The notes under the pieces were generated by a model. It searched no databases. It was given only the letters and a program-made list of their open reading frames with translations, and had not been told where the DNA came from. A DNA stretch of 64,000 nt from an uncultured virus (IMG/VR IMGVR_UViG_3300029787_003156) (Duplodnaviria > Heunggongvirae > Uroviricota > Caudoviricetes): the IMG/VR virus record IMGVR_UViG_3300029787_003156; one strand, given 5' to 3'. Shown here one piece after another: positions 18,140 through 26,100 of this stretch (position 1 is the stretch's first letter; each line of letters opens with the position of its first letter). Made by a program: the position numbers and the translations under genes.

Positions 18140-18356
18140 AATCATTCTCCAAAAATTCTGCTAGTGCACTATTTATAGTATCTGCAGGATTGGACTGATT
18201 CTGTTGTATTTGATATTGTCTTGCGTCTTCTAATGCTTCGTATAAGTCATCGTAAAATTGATCTCTATCATCAATGGGATTCGCTGTTACTGGTGCTGTC
18301 CCGCACATGGTCAGACTCATCAGTAGTGGTAGTGATAGGATTCGGATACCATTCAT
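18051..18356 (-). CDS. Hypothetical protein with hydrophobic signal-like N-terminus followed by Cys; overlaps both neighbours
   Basis: MNGIRILSLPLLMSLTMCGTAPVTA then an acidic domain; start uncertain (18356, 18320 or 18308). Confidence 0.55.
   Translation of the reverse strand: MNGIRILSLPLLMSLTMCGTAPVTANPIDDRDQFYDDLYEALEDARQYQIQQNQSNPADTINSALAEFLENDYGSNGATEQEELLQLPSSVDRQSSGWRYD
18170..18177 (-). promoter_or_regulatory. Internal late promoter TATAAATA driving the nuclease and g17
   Basis: Exact consensus inside the 18051-18356 ORF, about 30 nt upstream of the nuclease start. Confidence 0.7.
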
Positions 18357-18444
18357 CGTACTTGAAGATCCAGTAAATTACTATGCCAACTATAATTAAT
18401 AGTATAGCACACATTATATTTATTGACCAGACGACTTCTCCCAC
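18271..18444 (-). CDS. Small single-pass membrane protein (57 aa)
   Basis: Not in the ORF track. GTG start overlaps the upstream TAG (TAGTG): MGEVVWSINIMCAILLIIVGIVIYWIFKYDEWYPNPITTTTDESDHVRDSTSNSESH; clear transmembrane helix. Confidence 0.7.
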   Translation of the reverse strand: MGEVVWSINIMCAILLIIVGIVIYWIFKYDEWYPNPITTTTDESDHVRDSTSNSESH

Positions 18445-18602
18445 TAGTCCTCTCTAATACAATACTCTGCTGCGTGTGGATTACTAAAACCTTTTAGGTC
18501 TTCTCTTGCTTGCCTTATTGCATTGTATGCATCGTCTGCATACTCACAAATTTCATAATGATGATTTAGGTTATCGTGATAACCAACTGTATAATGGGAC
18601 AT
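18444..18602 (-). CDS. Small His/Cys-rich protein (52 aa)
   Basis: Not in the ORF track. MSHYTVGYHDNLNHHYEICEYADDAYNAIRQAREDLKGFSNPHAAEYCIRED, preceded by a GGAG RBS and an ATAAATA late promoter. Confidence 0.75.
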   Translation of the reverse strand: MSHYTVGYHDNLNHHYEICEYADDAYNAIRQAREDLKGFSNPHAAEYCIRED

Positions 18603-18626
18603 GATCTTTCAACTCCATATAAGAAG

Positions 18627-18633
18627 TATTTAT
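18627..18633 (-). promoter_or_regulatory. Late promoter ATAAATA
   Basis: In the spacer upstream of the 52-aa gene. Confidence 0.65.
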
Positions 18634-18642
18634 TGATACTAT

Positions 18643-18777
18643 TCAGTCTTTGGAAATCTCATCAGGGTTTGAAGACGGTATCTTTACTGTCTTCATATCA
18701 TGATCTCTTTGAAGGTTTAATAGTTTTTTTATAGAGGCAAGTTCCTTCTCTACCTCTTTAAGTCTTTTGCTATCCAT
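18643..18777 (-). CDS. Small hypothetical protein (44 aa)
   Basis: Not in the ORF track. MDSKRLKEVEKELASIKKLLNLQRDHDMKTVKIPSSNPDEISKD; fills the gap between neighbours. Confidence 0.5.
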   Translation of the reverse strand: MDSKRLKEVEKELASIKKLLNLQRDHDMKTVKIPSSNPDEISKD

Positions 18778-18791
18778 AGTGGGTATCTTAC

Positions 18792-19478
18792 TTAGTTGTA
18801 ATGATACGCTGGCTTAGTAGTTTTCTTTGGCAACTTACCACTTCTTACTTTAGTTCCTGTAGTCTCTCCTGCACCACTTGGGTTCTTACCCCCTTTTGAT
18901 TTTCCTATGCTGACTGACTTATCAGGTTTTTTCTTTTGTGTGTCATGTAACTTAGCGGGTTTGTCTTTGTCTTTTGTTATGACGGATTCTTGTCCATGTT
19001 TACGACCTAAACGACGCATTGTTTTTCCAAAACGACGTTTGCTCATTTTATCTGGTTTAGATGTTTGGTAAGAAACTTCCTTTCCAGTCCCTTCCTTTCC
19101 ATCATCTGATTTGTACTTGTACTCACCGACACCTTTTTTATATCCGATACCTTTTTTCTTTAAATCTTTTTCAAGACCCTTCCGCTTTTTTCTATTAGAT
19201 CCTTCATCTGAACCACGATCAGCCGAGATGTTTCCAGTTACATTTTTCTTGGATTTTGTAAGCATCCTTGTTGTAGGATTGCCTTCGACTAATTGGATGA
19301 AGTCTGAATAGTACATAACTTTAAGTTGTTCCTTTTGTGCTAGTTTGTTTGCAGTGGCATACATCACTTCTTTGTCACGTTTTCCATAGAGTTTCTTGAA
19401 CCTGTGTTGGTTCTTTTTCATTCCACGAACTATACGTTCTGCCTCTTGATTAACCGTTGGCATGCTAGCCTCCGACAA
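18792..19478 (-). CDS. Highly basic protein, probable internal head (capsid-packaged) protein
   Basis: 228 aa, very Lys-rich; internal MYYSDFIQLVE resembles the T4 capsid-targeting sequence; true start may be 19463. Confidence 0.7.
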   Translation of the reverse strand: MSEASMPTVNQEAERIVRGMKKNQHRFKKLYGKRDKEVMYATANKLAQKEQLKVMYYSDFIQLVEGNPTTRMLTKSKKNVTGNISADRGSDEGSNRKKRKGLEKDLKKKGIGYKKGVGEYKYKSDDGKEGTGKEVSYQTSKPDKMSKRRFGKTMRRLGRKHGQESVITKDKDKPAKLHDTQKKKPDKSVSIGKSKGGKNPSGAGETTGTKVRSGKLPKKTTKPAYHYN

Positions 19479-20001
19479 CTTGCACTTCTTCTACTATTAC
19501 TGCACTTGTTGCTGCAGCAATTTTTACACAGCGTTGAACTAGTGCTTTAGGACCTGATGAATGTGTGTAATCAGCAGATGCACTAGATGAATCTATATCT
19601 GTACTTAACATATTAGTTAGACTTGCTGCAGTTATTTTCTTTCCTGCTGTTCCTGCAGATAGAAAGTTACTGTCTATGGTAGGACTTGTACTGTTATCTA
19701 CAACAGCAATGAAATCTCCTACAGAAAATGGATGGTTGGCTGAAGTATCTGAAAGATGCTGTCCAACAAAGTAATCTGCTGTAGAATCGTCTACTGCTTT
19801 TATAATCTGTGCTTGACCTGGCTTACCACCTTTGACAAGAATGAATTCATTCTGAACAAGTGTGATTGCAGGACCACTACCGAAGGTTACAGTTGCTGCA
19901 CCTGCAGTAGATCCAACTCTATAAAACCCAGTTTTTACAACCTGATATTCGGTTGCACCTGCTGCAATAGTGTTGGTGCTTAATACATTAAGGACTGTCA
20001 T
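19465..20001 (-). CDS. Putative virion structural protein
   Basis: 178 aa, beta-rich Ala/Thr/Ser composition; ATAAATA at 20030-20036 inside the end of g16. Confidence 0.65.
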   Translation of the reverse strand: MTVLNVLSTNTIAAGATEYQVVKTGFYRVGSTAGAATVTFGSGPAITLVQNEFILVKGGKPGQAQIIKAVDDSTADYFVGQHLSDTSANHPFSVGDFIAVVDNSTSPTIDSNFLSAGTAGKKITAASLTNMLSTDIDSSSASADYTHSSGPKALVQRCVKIAAATSAVIVEEVQVVGG

Positions 20002-20009
20002 TGTCGTGT

Positions 20010-20447
20010 CTATGTTGTTTCTGTATCTTTATTTATCTGTTTTTGTTGCTTCAACATCTTCTGTAGATCAGATGTGCTCCCTACAAACATAGCATTAGTT
20101 ACATTTGTAGGACCTTTTTTATCTTCTTTATCAAGGTCTTTCATCTTACCTTGCAAGTCAATTAACTTATCTGCTACATCTCCCACAGATTTGATGAGTT
20201 GCCCTGCCACCTCATAAGCACGAGGATGATCTGACGCTCGTGCCACATCAAGTATTCCATCTACTGCCTCCTGTCCTTTCATTACTAAGTTATGTAGTTG
20301 AGCACGAGATATCTCGTAATCCTGTTGTACATCAGCAGTTTCACTCTTCTTAAGAGAAGGTTTAACTTTATCTACATGCTTTTTAAGGTCTGATGGTTCA
20401 GCACCAAAAGCATTATCTAGTCCGTCAAATGGATTCATCGGCACCAC
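20010..20447 (-). CDS. g16: Terminase small subunit (T4 gp16)
   Basis: DYEISRAQLHNLV.KGQEA, SDHPRAYEVAGQLIK, NAMFVGSTSDLQKML; true start may be 20438. Confidence 0.93.
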   Translation of the reverse strand: MVPMNPFDGLDNAFGAEPSDLKKHVDKVKPSLKKSETADVQQDYEISRAQLHNLVMKGQEAVDGILDVARASDHPRAYEVAGQLIKSVGDVADKLIDLQGKMKDLDKEDKKGPTNVTNAMFVGSTSDLQKMLKQQKQINKDTETT

Positions 20448-21456
20448 TTACAGGATTAAACTTCTTCTGATCTTGGAAGAATGAAGTAGTTTCATTAAAT
20501 CCAAAATCGTCCTCAGAATCAACCAATACATCATCAGCAGCATCAAGTTTGAATACTTGTGCACCACCTACAGCAGTTGCTGCAGTAGTTCCATTTCTTC
20601 CTCTTTGTACATGAACTGTGTTACCTGTCTTATTAGTAACTTTCATAACCTCACTACCAATATAAAGATCATCCCATTTAACAATAGTAGATGCGTCTAC
20701 CATATCGATACTAGTAGTTGATGCTGTAATGTTACCTGATAGTGTAGTAACTACAACTCCATCCTTATCTGACCATGCTTCTGGTGTAGCAGTGTAACGA
20801 ACCTGTCTTGGTGCAACACTTGTATTTGCAGATGAATAGTAATCGACTTGTGCCTTTTTGATAACTTTCTGTTCTGTAACAGGACCGTATAGGTAAGTCT
20901 TTGCAGTGAATCTTAGAGTATAAATGATTGCTCTACGAGTAGAAAAATCTGATTCATAATCATCTTCATAGTCTATAGATTGTAGAACTACAGGCACATC
21001 CTTTATCTCTTTCATTTGAGTTATCAACTTCACAGGTAAATTATAATGAGGTTGAAATATAGGTAGTATCTGTTCTAAAATTTGTAGACCATCATCTTGG
21101 TTCTTAGAAATAATTGCTAGTTCAAAATCCAAATTGTATGGAACTGGCATGTAAGTATTATAATTTTTATCTACGTCTTTTGTAATTTTTATCTTCTGAG
21201 TAGGAGAAACTTTTCTAGCAGGATCATAGGTAACACCTGCAATCTCAAAAGAAATTCTAGGTAAAGTAATCTGAACTCTTTTATTTGTAGGATCAGGATT
21301 CTGATCTAAACGTGCTAAGAATTTTTGCTTAGGACCATAAGCAAGAGGAACTTTCATAACCTCTGTGCTTCTTCTCAACTCAATATTATTGAATAGAGTT
21401 CCAAAACCAACGATGGTCTTTCTGAATATTTCGTGATAAGAATAAGTGCCTAGCAT
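20425..21456 (-). CDS. g15: Tail sheath stabiliser / tail completion protein (T4 gp15), with an inserted C-terminal beta domain
   Basis: YHEIFRKTIVGFGTLFNNI, KVPLAYGPKQKFLARL, LPRISFE, PVPYN, QILEQILP.FQP, YLYGPV. Confidence 0.95.
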   Translation of the reverse strand: MLGTYSYHEIFRKTIVGFGTLFNNIELRRSTEVMKVPLAYGPKQKFLARLDQNPDPTNKRVQITLPRISFEIAGVTYDPARKVSPTQKIKITKDVDKNYNTYMPVPYNLDFELAIISKNQDDGLQILEQILPIFQPHYNLPVKLITQMKEIKDVPVVLQSIDYEDDYESDFSTRRAIIYTLRFTAKTYLYGPVTEQKVIKKAQVDYYSSANTSVAPRQVRYTATPEAWSDKDGVVVTTLSGNITASTTSIDMVDASTIVKWDDLYIGSEVMKVTNKTGNTVHVQRGRNGTTAATAVGGAQVFKLDAADDVLVDSEDDFGFNETTSFFQDQKKFNPVSGADESI

Positions 21457-22382
21457 TAGATTGTCAAGTCATTAGTGGATCCGACTGATCCGAATGGATT
21501 AGTTTCGGAGAAGTCAATAATATCATCATCAGCAGTTTCAAACTCAGAGTTTTGATCGTACTCGATGTTCTTATTATCTATGGTGTTATAAGATGCGGTT
21601 GTCCAAGATGCACTAGATGTGCCTCCTGTAAGTGTTTCGGGAACTGTGAATGTTCCAGAACGATTTATAACGATAAGAGTTCTAGTAGCAGAATCCCAAG
21701 ACTTAACTTCAGCAGTAACATTAGATGTTCCACCTGTTACAATCTCACCTACAGTAAAGTCACCACTACCACCAGTAGCAAGACCAACTGTAATAGCATT
21801 TGCAAATGCAGTCTCGATAGCATCTAGTTCTGCAAGACCAGTATCGATTGACTCATCACTGTACTCGAAGAGTTCACACTGACATTCCCATACAAAATTT
21901 CTACCTAACTGATAGAAAGGTCTTTCTACTTCTACAAATTGTATTTCAAATAAATGTTTAGTTATAGGAAACCAAATTAGATCCCCTTCGTTTGGTCTTC
22001 CTTCGACATTAAGGACTGTAGAGTCGTCAATTTTTTCTTTAAACTTTTCACGGGAGAATATAAACGTCGTTTTATCTTCGATACGTATTCCAAATTTTGT
22101 AAGTAACTCACCTTGTCCTTCCCATCCTTCGACATTATTGATATATGCTCTGATTGGTTTTGCAGACTCGAACTTACCGTCTGAATCTTCTCCGAAAACC
22201 GTGTCACGATTGACGATAGTTCTCGGAACATAATAGATGTCTTGTCCATAAATTTCAATACTTTCTACTACTAAGTTTTCAATAAATTTTTGTTCCTGTT
22301 CAGAACCATTTGCTCTTAAACGACCACTATTACTGTAGTCTGATTGAACATAATCTTGAGCAGGGGTATTAGAAATTGCCAT
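21456..22382 (-). CDS. g14: Neck protein (T4 gp14)
   Basis: E.IEIYGQDIYYVPR, RPNEGDLIWFP, LFEIQFVE...PFYQLG, CELFEYSDE, DFSETNPFG. Confidence 0.95.
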   Translation of the reverse strand: MAISNTPAQDYVQSDYSNSGRLRANGSEQEQKFIENLVVESIEIYGQDIYYVPRTIVNRDTVFGEDSDGKFESAKPIRAYINNVEGWEGQGELLTKFGIRIEDKTTFIFSREKFKEKIDDSTVLNVEGRPNEGDLIWFPITKHLFEIQFVEVERPFYQLGRNFVWECQCELFEYSDESIDTGLAELDAIETAFANAITVGLATGGSGDFTVGEIVTGGTSNVTAEVKSWDSATRTLIVINRSGTFTVPETLTGGTSSASWTTASYNTIDNKNIEYDQNSEFETADDDIIDFSETNPFGSVGSTNDLTI

Positions 22383-22383
22383 G

Positions 22384-23190
22384 TTAACCTATCAAATCTA
22401 AAGGTGGAAGTTCATAACGATTACGAAGTTCTTCTTCAAGATCTTTTTTAAACGTAGAACCATCTTCTAGGATTTGCCTACCGTTTAAAGTAACACCGCC
22501 TAGCATTTGAATACCATCATACTTACTTAGGTTGCGACCCCATTGCTGTTGAAATAATGACTCAACATAATCTTTTAACCAGTTATCATTATACATGGCA
22601 GTGTACGTATCTGGGTCTTGACGCATATTACAATCAACCATAATATAATCACCTACTTCTATATCTTTCCAATCAAAGTCCATATAAAGTTTGCCTTGCA
22701 ATTCATTCCATTTAACTCTACGATTTGCTTGAGAATTGGTTACCCAATCTAAAGTCTCAAGATATTGAGAAGTCATAAAGTAATGTAAGATACGACCATG
22801 TGTCATATTATGAATATCATTCAAGAAAAGTTGATATTTAATATTGAATATATTACCACTCGACATCTTTGACATACCAATATTGGTATAAACATGATTG
22901 ATACCTAACATTCCTGGAGGTGTGTCGATATAATTATCTAAACCATACCAAGGAGTTGAACCTTCTTGTGTAGTTCCCCTTCCCGAATCTAACATTGCCT
23001 GTGTAACTTCAACTCTCATGAAAGTTTTAAAACTTCCATTGTAATGATATTCTTGATAGTAATCAATTGCTTCTTCGACTAGATCATCTAGTTGCTCAGT
23101 AGCAACGTTAATGTCTATCGTAGGATATCCTAATCTACGAAGAGCATAGTTTTTTATTTCAGTTTTACTAGCGGGTCTTGTTGCAGACAT
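22384..23190 (-). CDS. g13: Neck protein (T4 gp13)
   Basis: YALRRLGYPTIDINV..EQLDD, WLKDY, QWGRNL.KYDGIQM.GGVTLNG. Confidence 0.95.
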   Translation of the reverse strand: MSATRPASKTEIKNYALRRLGYPTIDINVATEQLDDLVEEAIDYYQEYHYNGSFKTFMRVEVTQAMLDSGRGTTQEGSTPWYGLDNYIDTPPGMLGINHVYTNIGMSKMSSGNIFNIKYQLFLNDIHNMTHGRILHYFMTSQYLETLDWVTNSQANRRVKWNELQGKLYMDFDWKDIEVGDYIMVDCNMRQDPDTYTAMYNDNWLKDYVESLFQQQWGRNLSKYDGIQMLGGVTLNGRQILEDGSTFKKDLEEELRNRYELPPLDLIG

Positions 23191-23196
23191 TTTTTA

Positions 23197-26100
23197 TTAT
23201 CCGAATGAACTTATAGTCAAGTTAGTAACATCATTAGCACCAACAGTTTCTCCAGATTTGAAGAATCCGTCTACATTATCAACAGTAACAGAACTGCTAT
23301 CCATAGCAGTTATAACTCCAGTTGTACCAGAAGTTGCTCCTATTACCATTCCACCGATTTCCATTGCAGTAATGTCACCCAGTGCGAAGGTTGCATCTGT
23401 GAATACAGTAGCAAGGTTAACTGTTGCATCAACAAATACGCTTGCAACATCGAACGTTGCGTTGTTGTCAAACACTGCTGATATAGGAATTGTGCAACCA
23501 TTACCATGTATTGCTGACACAGTAAATTGAGCAGTTCCACTACCCCCTGCAATAGTTATAACTTCAGATGCTGCATAACCAGATCCATCATCATTGATTG
23601 TAACAGCAGTTATTGCTCCATCTCCATCAACTGTAGTATCAACTGTCAATCCAGTTCCTGATCCAGATGAAGTTGTAGCAACTCCACTTCCAGCTGTGTA
23701 TCCTGTTCCTGCAGTCGTAATAGAACCAAGAGTTTTAGCACCTGTTCCATTAGCATTTACAATAGTAACAACATCAGATACTGCATAACCAGATCCATCT
23801 GCATTGATTGCAACTCCAGTAACTACTCCTGCTGATGTAGTGAGATCAACTGTTAGTCCAGATCCATTTCCTCCAACAACTGCAATACCAGATCCATTAG
23901 CGTATCCTGTTCCTGCAGTAGCAATAGTTCCTAGTGTTTGTACTCCACCACCGTTAGGGTTAGTAATAGTAATAGTGTCATCAACAGCGTATCCAGTTCC
24001 TGCAGCATTTACTGCAACCCCAGTTACTTGACCACCTGATGTAGTAACATCTACTGTTAAACCGCTTCCCCCACCACCAGTCGTTGCAACTGCAGTTCCA
24101 TTAATGTAACCAGTTCCAACAACAAGAGTATCTGTTGTAGCTACTCCACCTGCATTAGGATTTGTAAGTGTAATTGTTTCACCATTTGCATAACCAGTTC
24201 CTGCAGCATTAACTACAAGGTTTGTAATTGCTCCAGATGCATCTACTGTAGTATCAAGAGTTAATCCAGTTCCTGATCCACCAGTTGTTGCAACAGCAGT
24301 TGCATTGCTGAATCCACCAGTTCCAGTTACTAATGATCCAAGGTTCAATGTAGATACACCACCTGCATTAGCATTTGTGAGTGTTAAAGTATCGCTTATT
24401 AAGTATCCAGTACCTGCAGCATTTAATGTGATTCCAGTTATAGCACCATTTGTTACAGTCGTATCAACTGTTAATCCAACTCCAGTTCCACCATTTGTTG
24501 CGACTCCTGTTGCTCCTGTAAATCCTCCTAGACCACTTGCTGTAATAGATCCAAGTGATACAACATTACCAGGTGTAGGATCTCCAGATAGATTTATTTT
24601 TAATGTTGTTGTAGTAGCAAGATTAGTTAACATTGCTTTTAGTTGATCATAAGCATTGTCAATTTTTGCTTGAACTCTTGCTTCTGTATAGTATTGATTA
24701 GATGTTCCTTCTGATAGTTGATCAGTATCATGGTTATCAAGATTTGTTGCCTGTGTTGCAGTAGCAGGAGTAATATCAACAGTTCCATCAAAGGTTGTTC
24801 CACCAATAGTTCTTGCAGTTTGTAATCTTGTTGCAGTATCAGCATTACCTGTTAGAGCACCAGTTACATTAGCATTAATATTATTGGTAACGTTGAGAGT
24901 ATTGGCATATACATATGCCCATCTGTGTGTATTAGATCCTAGATTCCAAGTAGCATCAGCAACAGGAACAATTGATTTTGCAGTACTTGTTGCGTTAGTT
25001 AAATTACCACCTAAATCACCAGTTACGTTAGTTATAGTTGCTGAGCTACCAGTGAAATTATCTGAGTATGTGTATGCATATCTCTGTGTGCTTGATCCTA
25101 AGTTCCAAGTGGAATCAGCTTGTGGTATTATATTTCTTGATACTGTGCTTGCATTAGTTAAGTTACCACCTAAATCACCAGTTATATTGGTAATAGTTGC
25201 CGAAGTAGCAGTTACATTACCAGAATATACGTAAGCCCATCTAACTGTGTTTGAACCTAAGTTCCAAGTAGCGGTAGCTTGTGGTATTATATTTTTTGAT
25301 ACTGTGCTTGCATTAGTTAAGTTACCACCTAAATCACCAGTTATATTGGTAATAGTTGCTGATTGAGCAACGACGGTATCTGAATAAGAATAAGCCCATC
25401 TGACAGTATTAGATCCTAAGTTCCAAGTGGAATCAGCTTCTGGAATAAAGTTCCTTGCAGTACTTGTTGTGTTAGTTAAGTTTCCACCTAGATCACCAGT
25501 TATATTGGTTATAGTTGCTGAAGTAGAAGTTACATTACCAAAATATCCATAAGCCCATCTGACAGTATTAGATCCTAAGTTCCAAGTAGCAGTAGCTTGT
25601 GGAATAAAGTTCTTTGCAGTAGTTGTTGTGTTAGTTAAGTTTCCACCTAGATCTGCAGTTATATTTCCTGCAGAGAAGTTACCAGATCCATCACGTAAGA
25701 CTAAGTTGTCAGATGCATTGTTAGATGTAGAAGCAACGTTGATTGTAGTAGCACCAGAAACACCATCAGCATTTGTTAGTGTAATACCTGAGTTTCCTGT
25801 AACTTGGAAAGTTCTTTGTGCGAAAGTATTAGCAGCAGTTCTTACAACATAACCTGTGCCAGTCATTCCTGATAATCCAGTTATATCAGGATCATCAAAT
25901 GTTGTTGTAAGTGTAATATCTGAACCACCATTAATGCTTATAGTTCCATTTACAACACCGTCAACAGTTAATGTTCTAGCAGTCTTCCATTCGTCAGCAG
26001 TAATTGCGTTACCTTGAATACCTGCACCAGATCCAGTTCCAGTTGCGACAGTAATAATATTAGCAGCAAAGTCTCCAGATGAGTCACGATTAACAACCGT

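Noticed and set aside
24868..25662. Regularly spaced DNA repeats as a possible CRISPR array
   Set aside because: The 159-nt period is in frame within a CDS, the intervening sequences are homologous to each other, and there are no cas genes.
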